DNA of 49,308 nucleotides, the filler included, from Catajapyx aquilonaris (taxonomy: Eukaryota), in assembly GCA_000934665.2 (NCBI GenBank). It is 3 parts of 3 records of this genome, joined end to end, with 100 filler letters (N's around TTAATTAATTAA, not from the genome) between each part and the next. Parts side by side here need not be neighbours in the genome. Positions count along the whole stretch, not along the records: positions 1 to 16,370 come from KZ539658.1; positions 16,471 to 32,836 come from JYFJ02007219.1; 1 more part is not named here. One strand, written 5' to 3'. Each line of letters starts with the position of its first letter. Position 1 is the first letter of the stretch. The notes beneath the pieces were generated by a model. It did no database searches. It was not told the DNA's origin and saw only the letters and a program-made list of their open reading frames with translations. Both the position numbers and the translations under genes were made by a program. Of this stretch, positions 13,482 to 26,392 are shown piece after piece.

Positions 13482-13811
13482 TAGGGTGTTTCAACTTTTT
13501 TGTCCGAACAGTTATCGGAAAATTGCACGTAGCTGCTACTTTGTAAGCAGTGATTTGCAACCGGTGATTTGTCGGAGGAATGGAGATTGGGGAAAAAGAG
13601 GGTCACACATCCCATGGCATGTGTGACCCTCTTTTTTCCAGGCTTGACCCTTAATTTTCAGCAGGCAGCATGTATGCCACTTCAACCTACGATTCGCAGG
13701 GAATATTCCCCGTTCCTCCGAAAAATCACCGTTTGCATGTCACTGCTTACAAAGTAGCAGCTACGTGCAATTTTCCGATAACTGTTCGGACAAAAAAGGT
13801 GAAACACCCTG
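13482..13811. mobile_element. Tc1/mariner-type MITE (long TIR, TA TSD), copy 1
   Basis: Termini (t/c)agggtgtttca ... tgaaacaccctg, inverted arms >100 bp, flanking TA. Confidence 0.85.
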
Positions 13812-13937
13812 TATATACCCTATTTTAGGGCGGGGCCCTCTTAGGGGGACATCCTTAAACACAACAGAGTAAAGATCCACAAATGAAGTGCATCCATTAT
13901 TTTACACTCGCATCCGTTTCAGAAACAAGAACTACAG

Positions 13938-14145
13938 TAGGGTGTTCCAAGTTCGTAGGTAGTTTTTCTTATCACTAATATCGCCTGAAGATGTTATTTT
14001 TGTGTCGCTTATTGTGCCCTGATCCAGGTGCCCTACTCTATGACAACTGCTATATTCGACCACCTGATGGATCGGGGCACAACAAGCTACAAAAAATAAC
14101 TACTTTGAGCGATATTAGTGATTCAAAAAACGACCCACGAACTTG
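13938..14145. mobile_element. Tc1/mariner-type MITE, second family (right end truncated)
   Basis: agggtgttccaagttcgt ... acgaacttg inverted ends; related to the element at 22682-22883. Confidence 0.65.
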
Positions 14146-14193
14146 CTGAGCTTCAAGCATAAACTTCTAAAGAGTCAAAAGCTGTTCAGTATG

Positions 14194-14520
14194 CAGGGTG
14201 TTTCACCTTTTTTGTCCGAACAGTTATCGGAAAATTGCACGTAGCTGCTACTTTGCAAGCAGTGACTTGCAAACGGTGATTTTTCGGAGGAACGGGGAAT
14301 ATTCCCTGCGAATCGTAGGTTGAAGTGACATGTGCTGCCCGCTGAAAATTGAGGGTCAAGCTGGAAAAAAGTGGGTCACACATGCCATGGGATGTGTGAC
14401 CCTCTTTTTCCCCAATCTCCATTCCTCCGACAAATCACCGGTTGCAAATCACTGCTTACAAAGTAGCAGCTACGTGCAATTTTCCGATAACTGTTCGGAC
14501 AGAAAAGTTGAAACACCCTG
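14194..14520. mobile_element. Tc1/mariner-type MITE, copy 2, inverted relative to 13482-13811
   Basis: Near-identical reverse complement of 13482-13811, including the asymmetric core; cagggtgtttca...tgaaacaccctg-TA. Confidence 0.85.
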
Positions 14521-16370
14521 TATTTACACTTGTATTGCACATTTGTGCCTGAAAATGATCTATATTGTCCTTCAAGCATAGTGAATAGGTTAAAGTTATC
14601 AGAAAACATTACATAGAAACTATTCCAAATTTGTCATAAGTACAACGTGTTATGGAGCGTAGTATGTCGTGGTAGCAAAACGGGGTCAAACTATGTGGTG
14701 CTCTAGCACCGTTGAGTGACATTGAGTGAGTGGAAAGTTCCAGAAAATTATTTTCATTTCACACTAGCGATGGCGGTTCACACCTTCAGACACATTAATT
14801 TTGTTCTCCATCTCTGTATGATGACATCTATTGCATCAAGTTAGTGTAGAAACAAAAATTTCTGCATTGTTTATCAGATGTGCTGGGTCCGTTAATTCTT
14901 TCAATGCGGGGTATGGCGACTGTAAAACCAGACAAAATGAATTTCAGTACGACAAAAAAAGACATTGAAATAGTTGTCTGGCCCTTCCAGGCTGACTCGA
15001 CTTGGCCTTTTGGCCTGCAGATCCAACCTCAAAGAGATCGATAGACAGGAGTTAGCAATCTTTCTCCTAATTTCTAGTGCAGAAAATGGGTAGTACAATC
15101 ATGGCCGCGGGGCTTAATCCGAGAGTTTTGATGGGGGGGGGGGGTGAGAAGTAGGGATTAAGCCAGGGTCTCATTGGATATTCCTGGCCAGGTTCTGAGG
15201 GTAGCAAATGGCACTCGTGCCAAAGTCGGTGGAAGAAAGTATCACGGGAAAGATGGATCACCTCAAGTCCAGACTCTTATCTCCATTCGGAGATTACACC
15301 TCCCGTTTTCGCTTCTTCGCCATTTGGTGTCTAAACGGGATTAGTGACGTCTGGAAACATTTGGGAGGTTTCGTTAACCATACCAAGCAAGTGGAGTCGA
15401 CAGTTCTCCATGTTCCCAACTTTTGTTGTGATATTGCTCATGGACTCAGATCTTCATGGAGTGAGCCTTCTGCATTTGACTACTAATTAATTTTCAATCC
15501 ATGCAACAAATTTCCTGATTAGAAAATGGAAAGTGACAGCAAACGATACGATGATAGTTGCAACTATCTCATTTTCTGTCCTGTAAAGTCAAATGGTTTC
15601 ATATACATTATAGACCATACATGTTTCGAATATTCATGAAATCCGGCGGAATTTCCCAAGCTTCTAACATTTCCCCNCCCCCCCCCCCCCAGATATTATG
15701 AGAGCAGCACACTATGATGATATTGATCTCGTTAATTGCAAGTAACCTTCTTGCCAGGCGACAATTTAATTATGTAATGATGTGGCCACAGAGCTGGTGG
15801 CGCATCACATGGAGGAGTGGGAAATTGCATCTGAGGTCCTATACTACTATACTAACTATAGCATAGATATGAGATCAACTTATACAGTAGTAAGCATATT
15901 GTGAGCATATGTTTGAGACGTCATAAATATGACCAATCATATTATCAAGCAATTTATTGGCCTGTAAAACTGTAGATTCCTAACGATGAGTATACTTACC
16001 ATTACCTGCAGTTCGTGTTCTTTTCCTTTGTATGGTGCAACCGGGTCCAAAATCAACCTCAAAACGAGACTGCATATCAAAGCAGCCAAACTCTATGTTT
16101 AATTTAAGGAAATTGTTCTGTAGTTAATGGTACTTCTCTGCCTCTGTAGACGCACACAAATCAACCGTCTGTACACCAGCTCCTTTGACTTCCAAATTAG
16201 CTGTCTGATACACCAGCTCTTCCTTTTAGCTTGTAGTTGCTAGTCGAGACAATTTTTGATGTCCGTTAAACTGGCCCAACCACTTTCGAATTTCGAAATT
16301 TCAACGGTGCCAATCGTTTGTGCTACGTTTGTGCTGATTTGTGCTCGAATATGGGCGTTTGTGCTGGCTT

Positions 16371-16470
16371 NNNNNNNNNNNNNNNNNNNNNNNNNNNNNN
16401 NNNNNNNNNNNNNNTTAATTAATTAANNNNNNNNNNNNNNNNNNNNNNNNNNNNNNNNNNNNNNNNNNNN
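16371..16470. other. Artificial 100-bp contig linker
   Basis: 44 N + TTAATTAATTAA (stop codons in all six frames) + 44 N. Confidence 0.95.
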
Positions 16471-18831
16471 CCGCCCGCTGGCTCATCCCATAGACTCTGA
16501 ATCCCTTTTGTCCCACCAAGCTCATTTACGGGACGGACGTTAGTTCCGGGTTCGGTCAGGTCGGATGAATCCGGGCAGACGACATCACTGAGGGATGATT
16601 CATTGGAATCGGGTCGGCTCTTAGTAATCAACTTTGGAGCTCGACCGGTCAGAATGTGAACGAGAAAAAAAAAATTGCGAATAATTTTGTTTAAACAAAA
16701 ATTAATTTTGCGATGTTCATTTCAGCATTCTGAAATTCTGTTTGCTCAGCAAGATTCGCAATAACAAATTCAGCTGGATATTTTCTTAAGGTGGTGGCAT
16801 AATCAAACTTGACCTCCACGATCGATACCAATAGATGTCAGCACTCAGCCAATCTTGCTCCCTCACGCCATCTTCCGTCCCAAAATTGAGAAACACGTGC
16901 CAAAATGTGGCTTTTTTTTTCTCTCTCTCTGTGAGGAACTTTAGTGCAGGTGATCTTGGGAAGTGCAGGGAGCAAAAGAGAGATGTGCTGAGTCTTGGAA
17001 GTATCCAAGAGAGGACACAGCTGCAAGCAGTATCAGAGAGAGAGTGAGGGGTTTGCAAGAAGTAGGGGACGGTGGATGTGTGGGAGGGAGGGAGGGAGAG
17101 AGAGATCTCCCCTCCTCCTCCTTTTCCCAAGTAGTGGTTCCCTTCTCGTAATGGCCGAAAAGATGGAGGACCCTTCGCCGTGCCCGAGATGAATACCGAG
17201 GAACCTTTGACGTTATTACCGGGGACACAGAGGGTGTAATTTCATTCTGGAAGCAATTTCCTCTCCGCGCGCAATAATTCTTCAAGGTGTGAAGAAGCAG
17301 CTTCTTGCTGTTTATATTTTCATTGGCGGCAAGCAAACTCAGACAACTAAAATCGTCAAGTTTTACTAGCAACAAGTACAGCATTCAGAGGATAACACGC
17401 GTGTTATCCTCTGAATGCTGTACTTGTACAGTACATTCAATTTGGCTGCCCAGCAACCGAATTAATTCCGCCAATACAGCTCCCTTTACATTTACAGATA
17501 TAAAGGGACTTCTCAGATGGCACACTATTCGGACATGATTACCCCCAGACCAAACAAGGCATGCGGAACATCCAACAAGCTGGTAGCATTTACCTCATCT
17601 TGTTCCCCTATACACAGCCAGGCAGTTCCGCTCGAGGGATTTGACTCCAAACTCGACTCGTCAAACTCGCGAAAACTACATTATTCCAAGCATTCAACTG
17701 TGGCCTAAGCTGTATAACTCTCCATCCGACCACCAAACATTATACACCCTCGTGTAGTATTGAATGCCTCTCTCTCCATATATATACCCGGCGGCAAATG
17801 CTGGACCCGCAGCACAGATTTGCATGGAGATCCATAACGGAAAAGCGGTCCAAAGTTTTTAACTGGAAGCCCACGCGCGCACTAAAGCGTTAATTTACAC
17901 CATAATTAATAGGGCATCGTTTCGGAGGACCTGCAAATGGCACGGAAGTGCATTCCTCTGGGATACTATCGCCGCTCTTGTACACGCGTAACCAGACCAT
18001 CAATCGGGCACGTAATGAGTGTAATTTTTGATTGCTAATAAAAGCACTACAGGTAGAAGTATAGGGAGGGTGGACATTGGCTAGGGCTATAACGTTTCTA
18101 GTTGAGTGAAACAAGTGTGGTCGAATGGGATTACGTACGTTGCCAAGTGCGGGACAACAAACAAATCTGGAAGCGTAAATGGTACTTGAACTGTTTATGC
18201 AAAACGTGGGGGAGAATGCGCGGAATATTTCATTGTTAAAAGGCAACATGGCCGGATAGCAAATGAAATGCATATTTGCCCTGTAAACTAACAAGCACAT
18301 TAATGTGTAGCATGACTGGCATTGTTGCGTACACTCGTGATTATTTTTTTAAAATGAGCCGAGTGCGCAACACAGTTCGTGCAAATTATTTCCAACACTA
18401 AGCTCGAATGGGTAATGGCCGACTTTTGCGATGTTGCCAAGGCTCTTGAACGTTGTTTTCAGAACAACGGAATTGCGCGGGTGTGGATGCGCACTCGGTT
18501 GCGTTCGTGAAAAATTATATAGCAATATTAAATATGGAAATGTGACAAAATGCGGATTTTCCACAAATACATGTGCAATTCTCTAAGTTTTTAGACCCCA
18601 GCAAAGCAAGGGGGGCTATAACTTTTTCGCAGATTGTAACGAGCGCTCTTGAATCGGATTACGAGCGAATTACTAAGAGTTCAAGTCCTGGATGATAAAC
18701 AAATCCGGAGTGGAAATTGAAGTTGGGGAAAATCTCGTCGGCCATAAATTTGATACGCGCTTTTGAGATTGTCATCGGGTTTGCTTAAAGTAGTGCGAAC
18801 GTCTGTTAATAAGAAAAGTTTCGAGCTTGCT

Positions 18832-18833
<2 letters not shown>

Positions 18834-18867
<34 letters not shown>
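18834..18867. repeat. (GA)n microsatellite
   Basis: About 17 perfect GA units. Confidence 0.9.
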
Positions 18868-18869
<2 letters not shown>

Positions 18870-19489
18870 CGTCCGAAAATATATTTCGCAAATAAGCCCG
18901 CTCGTAAATATTGTCAGTTGATCGTAATCTAAGTTAATTAGAAAATGCAGCATGAACGCTTGGTCAAAAAAAAAACTTTACCAAAAATTATGGAGCTTCG
19001 TTGCAATTAAATTTTTTTTATACTTTTTTTTTTAAAAAAAAGGGCCGTACCTTTAAAACTGTCGGATGCACCCAAGAAGGTCACATGCACACTTCCTCCT
19101 GAGTTGAAGGCCGGACGTCTGTAAAAGAGTGCAAAAGATTCAGAGAAAGTTAAAGGCCAAGGCGGGGCGGATTCGCCCCTAGGCTCTGCCCCATTATGAG
19201 CAACAAGTATTTTTTTTTCCGCTTTCGGTACTTTCCACGCCCAGCTCCTTTTGTGATCATAAATTCCCTCAAGGCTATAGTGTCTCCTTGATTCTATATA
19301 TGTGAAATTCCGGCAGGAACGCGCCAGGGCACAATTAGCGAGGAGAAACAAGAGGAATGGGCGATGAAACGATAAATCTAATTGGTTCGTATTACAAATT
19401 GCATGTAGTAACATGACCCCCCATCCTAGAAGTTACAACGTGCATTTCGAGTTAGAAATGCTGAGAATTCAGTAATGCGCAACGGTTCA

Positions 19490-19492
<3 letters not shown>

Positions 19493-19556
<64 letters not shown>
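19493..19556. repeat. (AAT)n microsatellite
   Basis: About 21 perfect AAT units; explains the poly-Leu ORF on the minus strand. Confidence 0.95.
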
Positions 19557-22500
19557 TCAGATTAGTCAAAATCGATTTATCGATATTTTTCAGCCGATTA
19601 TTAAAAATCTGCCTGCTGATATGAAATTTGGCAGGAATCCTGCACATAAATATTGCTTTTCAATTTGCCAATATCTGGAGATTTTCGGTCCCGAGGGGCT
19701 CACAGAAGGAAAAGGGGCTGCCTTTTATTTCTTAAGCAATAAATATTTTATTGGCGTCACAAACATTTACTTAAGGTAGCAAAAAAAAGTGCGGTTCCCA
19801 CATCAAAGCACTTTAACAAAAACTCTTGCATCTAGTGTACCTAGTCGTTCACATATTTACAAACATCAGTGTAAATCCGAAAGCAAATGCAAATCCTCTT
19901 TAACGCTCTAAAAAAAATCCTTTCCACTTTCTTGCATCCTTAAACTTGGTAGCAGGCACCACACGCGAGAAAATCCAGTGGCATTAAGCAGGTCTCCTTG
20001 TAAAAAAAAAAAATCAGCGAATCTGCACCTCAAAAAACGTGCAAAATACGGTACGAGTCACTTCGCAAATCGGATTCACAGCAAACGCGTAGGCTTCACC
20101 ACGCCTCACCGTCCCCAATCGGATTTGCTGCAGGGTAGTTCAACGTGCCAAAAAAGTTAAAAAAAAAAAAATCGCCAATCCGAGTGAGAGCGTCACCCCC
20201 CCCCCCTCCCCGAAAAAAACAAACAAACGTGCATAATGTAGCAAAAAGTGTCAGTCGTCCAAAAACCTTCAGCTTCTGTAACGAGGTTAGTAATCTGAAG
20301 AAACTTGTGTGGAGATATTGACAATTTTGACAGTCTGTGGAGGAAAATTCTGTGTCGGACTATAGGTGAGGAAAAACTTGGGCTATCGATAAAAGCGTCT
20401 CCACAAAAACCTACTATAGACATAGCCCCCTTGATGACATTCTGGCCGCAAATGAACGGAAATTGCTCGCTTTATCGGGTGTCGCAAAAAATTCGCAACA
20501 TTTTTTCAGATAATCCTATGTCTTCATATACGAATGGCCCATTTTTTTGTGTAACTTACACTTACAAGATGACATATGCCATCAAATGTCACAACACTGA
20601 ATGCGACATGTCCTATCCAACTCAAAAACAACAAGTGGCACTCTATCCCCATAGAAAAAGAAAATAGTACACTTTTTATGTCCTTCCTTTTTATGCGTCT
20701 CAATCATCCTTCTTTGTGACAAAGTGAGGTGTTTTATGACGACAAGACGCATGAAAAAGACACTTCGGACTCTGGCACACAAAAAGGGGTTTTTTTTGAC
20801 GACAAAAAAACAGGGGCTATTCGAAATGGGCCTTTATCGACGACTCGAAATGAAAGGGAAAAGGGGGAAAAAAAGAGAGGTTTTCAATTTAAAGTTTTCT
20901 TCCCTTTTTCTTTACTGCTGTTTTTTTAGCACTTCAAGAACTTCTCTTTTTTTCGATTGTACTACGCAAAGCCAAATTCGACATGGATTAAATGTACAGG
21001 TCGTTTACCTCATCTTGAGAGGTGGTGGGAGGGGAATAGGGCACGCATATAAGATCGATAAGTGTGATTTCCGGAAAGGTGCCAAGTGTATATTTGCGTG
21101 CGGCATTTCGTGAAGAAGGAGGCCCAGACTTAGGAAATAGAAAAGAAAAGGATTTCAAATAATTGCTTATCCAATCTGAATTGTACCAAAATTGCACAAA
21201 TTTGGTTCTTACAGTAACATGTTATCAAAAAACATTTTAAAATGTAACCCATGCCTATCGTCCTATATATAGGACACCTCTCAAAAAATAGGCATGTCCT
21301 ATATATATGTAGAGTACACCCCCCCCCCCCAAAAAAAATCCTGTTACTTCACATTCTCCAAAAGGTCGCTCCGATGGCTTTTAAAAAAGGGCGACTCTAA
21401 AATGTAGTCACCGTTTCAGGCCTCCCCCGTTGGCTGTCTGCATGATAAAAATTTAAATAAGGCGGGGGTGTGTGGGGAGGGTCGCAGGACGAGACAAAGA
21501 TAGACATAGACTTAGAGAAGAGACAGAAAAGAGGAGTGGGGGGGGGGGGATGGTGAAAAGAAGAAGAAGAAGAGCAGTGGCTTTTTAGCTATCACGTTTG
21601 GCGCTTTCCCTCCGATGCTTCTAAGAAAGTAATGAGGGTTGGAACGTGCTTTCCTTAGATGTGGAGATGGCTTTTTTTTCTCTCCTTCCACAGTAAACGA
21701 GACTATAGGCCTTCAAGTTATTGCAGGACATTCCCAGAAAAAAAATAGTGGGAAAAGAGAAAAGGTCCATAAGGTATTTTTGCTCCAAATCCGATTTTTT
21801 TTGGTACGAAAAAATAATCTTAGCCTCCCATTTTATGCATTATTTATCTGTACTTTAATTAAAAGGTTCAACGAAGCATTTTTCTCACCTGCAGTTTTTC
21901 CCGCGGGGATTTTCGCACTTCATAATTCCCCTCACCATAAAAAATTCTAGTATTTATGACAAGCCCGGCCTTTAGTAATCAATTCAACCGGATTAACATG
22001 TATCGCACTAATTCGCATTCAAAAAAAGGCGACCTTTTTGCACAAAAATTGTTCGCGGTTAAAAACTGATCGCGCTAGTGTCCGATTCTATCCCATTTGT
22101 GCTCGTTTAGGCGTAGAACACGATCACTGAATCCGCTTTCCGGGCGACCTATGCTTGGAATTTTTAACAATTTTGGACCGAGCTAATGACTCGAGCTGAC
22201 ATTTGGCAAAATAAGCGCGTCGTACTTTTTTTTTTTTAAAGTGCAACCCATCGTGTGTTTATTGCTGTGGTTGTTTGTGCCTGTACAGCAAAGAACAGAC
22301 GTGGCGAAAAAATGTGCTATGCAATGTCCATTATTGCACGACAGAAGCAGATTTGTAAAGTCAGAAGTATATGCCAAATGAGTGGATTAGTCTGGGGCTG
22401 GAATTTTTGAAAACAAATGTGTATTTCATGACTATAGTGCAAGGCCTAGGTAGCCTATAACCCAATTGCAGTCTGGAAGCTCCAGAGATGATGCAAAGTT

Positions 22501-22681
22501 TATGCGTCTTCCATTACGTCCATTACGCCATAAAGAGACGGATGTGCATGCACGTCAAAGTCCATTTTGCGGGGAGCCTTCATGCATTTAATGCCTGTGA
22601 GGCTTTTGCATGCTTAGAAAACTAGGTGTAAAACCCGCAGAATATTCTCTTGCCCTTACAAGAAAATGTAGGAAATATATA

Positions 22682-22883
22682 CAGGATTCCAAGTTCATGG
22701 GTCGTTTGTTTTGTTATCATTGATATCGTCCGAAGTAATTATTGTTTGTGTATGATGTGCCCCGATCGAAGTGGCTCAGTGGTCGAATGTAGTAGTTGCT
22801 ATAGAATAGGGCAACAAGCTACAAAAAATAACCGCTATCACAATAACTATTATAAAAAGGCCACACGAACTTGGAACACCCTG
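22682..22883. mobile_element. Tc1/mariner-type MITE (family of 13938-14145)
   Basis: TA-cagg(a)ttccaagttc ... gaacttggaacaccctg-TA; shares caacaagctacaaaaaataac with 14081-14100. Confidence 0.7.
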
Positions 22884-24341
22884 TATATGAACAAATATTT
22901 GGCTTTTGGGTGGACGGACTATTATTTCTATTCAGCTTTGAGAATTATTTAGGAAAAAAGAAGCTTTGAAAATATCACTTCAGTTATGTTCAGTTGCAAC
23001 AGTATGTGAAGAGCACCACTTACTGTCTTTGATGTGCATATCAAACGCGTTCTAGACAAAGATCTGGGCTTTAGCAAGGTGAATGTTAGGGGGAAAAAAG
23101 CATCTTGCTAGAGTACATGTTGAATAGCACGCAGCCTCTACTCGTACAACACCAAAGTAAGCCTTAACGAAGAGCGTAGCCAAACGTGCCATTTAAAAAA
23201 AAATGCTCCACATATTTTGCTAAAATCCCTGAGCTCGGTGTGATAGTTCGTCTTTTTGCATGCAGCATTGTACGTTAACTTTTGTGTGCACAGTGAAAAA
23301 GCCTGGCGGTTACATTTATAAAAAAAGAACTCCTCTCCTCCAGCTACCCATTTTAATCCTGAATTTCCTGACGTCCGTTCCCAACCAGATTACAAACATG
23401 GCATGCTCACATGAGCTGTCGGCTTATATAACACTTGATATTATATATTTTCCCCAGTGAATACCTCCCAGGATATTGAAATGCCACTCCTGGGCGAATA
23501 TGAGCTGGCTCTATGATTATGATACTCCAATACAATGCCAGCTTCCTCGCTTCAGTCGCGGTTACCTGATATTACGACATGACTATTAGCCCCGCAGTTG
23601 CTTTGATTAAACAATAGGCATCTGCATCGGCACATTAAAACCCGTAACTAAAATTAGACCCTAATTAGACAGCGCACTTTGCAAAATTCCTGACGTTTCT
23701 CCAGCCCTCGACTGCATTACACAAATGCGGCCAGACTTGGCTCTAAAAAGCCCTGTAATGCACCTTGATGTCGGAAGACGCCTCTTAATTCCCAACTTTG
23801 ACTCGAGTTTCCCCCCTAGAAGCAACCTAAAAGGCCTGGCTCCCAGAATAAATAGTTCAAAAGCTCTACGTAAATAGTGCAGATCAATATAAGCCTCCCT
23901 GTACCGGCCTTGGCCATGGAGGAATTATTGCGTCAGTTAATTCACCTCGCATGGGGATAAGGGCAAGGTGCGATGCTACATTAGGTAATCTCTTCATGTT
24001 GAGGAGGGCCTTCCTTTCCGCCTTTTCCACGCCCTTAGGACGTGCAGTCTTTCTTTCGCAACGGTCTTTTCATGCACTTCTATACAGGATGGGAACTCAA
24101 CTGGAAAGAAGAGGGTAAATGAAGTGACTGGGAGAATAGATAGCTTTCTCCCCTCTTCAACATATCAAAAAATTCATGGTTTTCACTTCTTTAAAAAAAT
24201 CAACATGCTAACAATGACCAGAGCGAATCCTAAGCAACATTGACCTGTACAACATCATATTTAGACAAAATTATTGAAGAGAAGTAGGGACATGTTTTAT
24301 CGGTCGCCTCCTCACAATTTCTGAATTACGGTCAACTTCAG

Positions 24342-26392
24342 ACAGTAAAACTGGAGCGATCAGCACACGTCATATCAGTGCAGGGGAAGTCCCGCAATCC
24401 ATCTTCCCTGCGCGATGCATGTCTCATCTACGTGACCAGATACTTCCACGTGTTTTGCAGAGCCAGTGTGGTTTACGATGTGAATCCATTTTCAGAACTA
24501 CGTAAGTGCACTGGTACTAATGAAATATTGGATGGTCGCAATGCGAAGAAATTCTTACAATATTCTTTTGCAGCTGAGGTTCTTATAGAAAGCCTGCTAG
24601 AGACGTTTAACAGATGCGACCAGTATTTAAGAACATTGCACCTCAGGACCCTGCTAAGTCCTAATCTGAAGAAATTAAGCAATCGAAAATGCAGATGGGG
24701 TGGAGAGGTTGACGTACCGAACATTATGGTACAAGCGGCAATCAGATGCCCGGTGAGTTGGTCAAAAATTAAGAGGCGGTTCTCAACTTGAAATAATAAT
24801 TTTTTTGTTTTGTTTCAGTATTTGACATGTCTGGATATCAATGACATACGCCTTAGTGACACGGATCTCATAGACGTAATTCCAGAAGTGAAGAATTTAG
24901 AGAAACTCTGGATACTTAACGCTGATATATCGGATGAAATTTTCGCAATAGTTGGAGATTATCTGGATAAGCTGAAGTAAGCTGCAATATTCAACTAAAA
25001 AAATATACAATCACGCGTGTGGTATAATTACTGCAGCTATAATAAGAGCATTTACATAATCCAAACCCACACAAACACACATTTTAAAATATTAGTTCTC
25101 TATACGCTGCAAGTAAAGCCGCGCAATGGAATTGATTCATAATTCCAGCTTGAAAAGACTGGAAAATGCTGGAGAGGCTCGCACATTATTAAAGGGCTTT
25201 AAATGTATGTCTTTAAGAGCCTATAATTTTGCAAGATTCAAACCGAAAGTTACGTCCCAAGTATTTGGCCAATTTTTGAGAATTTAACCACATATTTTGT
25301 ACTTCTTTTTGACCGTTTTCTCTTTCCTTCAGATTCACCACATTTACTGTATATTGTTACTCCTGAATTAACTTCTTCCCCAACTTCAGGTCCATAAACG
25401 TGGACGGATGCGAATACTTGACTGACAACGCGATCTGCAAGCTGGTGTCAAACCCCGTAACACACCAATTCGACGACCAGCATTGTCTCAACCTGCGAGA
25501 GCTGATCGTGACCAACACGTCGATCCTCATCCCTGGAGTCCAAGTGGCCCTGACGCGCATTCCCAGACTGACACACCTAAGTCACTACGAAATCGCCGAA
25601 GCCATCGGTACCCTACCCGACGACCGTCCACCGTACCCCTTCAGACGACTGGAATTCGCCATCAAGGAGAGCATGACCCAGGAGATCATGATGAAGTTCG
25701 TGTCCATGTGCCCACATGCCAGAGAGGTCAAAGCGTACGTGTGTGTCGAGATAGAGCCCACACTTCTGTCCCACCTGAAGGACCTACCCGAACTGCATGT
25801 GTTAGAAGTACACCACTGCTGCAAGCTCGGCATCAACCGGGACATATTCAACCCAAGCCTTCTGCCAGTGCTGACCCAGCATGGGGTCACCCTGACCCGC
25901 CTGATCCTGTTCGACCTGACCTGGATCGACCTGGATGCGATCAGCAGACTGTGCGTCAACCTGGAGATTCTGGCAGTAACTAACGTGCAGAAGGTACACG
26001 CCACGCATCGGATGACCAAACCACCTTTTCCGATGTTGCAAGAGCTGGCCATGGAAGCGGATTTGAGCCAGAATTACCTCACCCGTTTGTTGTCAGGGAA
26101 AAACCTGAAGAACATCACGATATACGGGGCCATATCTTTGACTGATCGTGTGTTCAGGAGGTTGCTGAAGCGGGATCCCAAACCTGGATGGGTCAGTCTA
26201 TCGTTTTCGGGGTGCTATGGCTTCACCGTAAAGCCCTTTAAGACTCTAGTGGCGAACAATTACACGCTGAGGTCTCTGGCGTTTTCCTACTGTCCAGGTG
26301 TGAGTAAGGAGGATGCCCTGGAATTAGTGGACATCGTGAAGGAGCAGCATTTGGACATTGCACTGAAACACATGTGCCCGTCATCTCTTTAG
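24342..26392 (+). CDS. VHL-box (BC-box + Cul2-box) leucine-rich-repeat protein, paralog 1 (5' end unresolved)
   Basis: Exons 24342-24501, 24574-24752, 24819-24976 and 25390-26392, with GT-AG introns of phase 1, 0, 2, splice into one open frame (499 codons + stop). N-terminal PSSLRDACLIYV...NPFSELPEVLIESLL, then cysteine-containing/RNI-like LRRs (INVDGCEYLTD, LRELIVTNT, LRSLAFSYCPGVS). No in-frame ATG in the first exon; a candidate upstream 27-nt phase-0 microexon lies at 24088-24114. AATAAA signals follow the stop. Confidence 0.8.
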
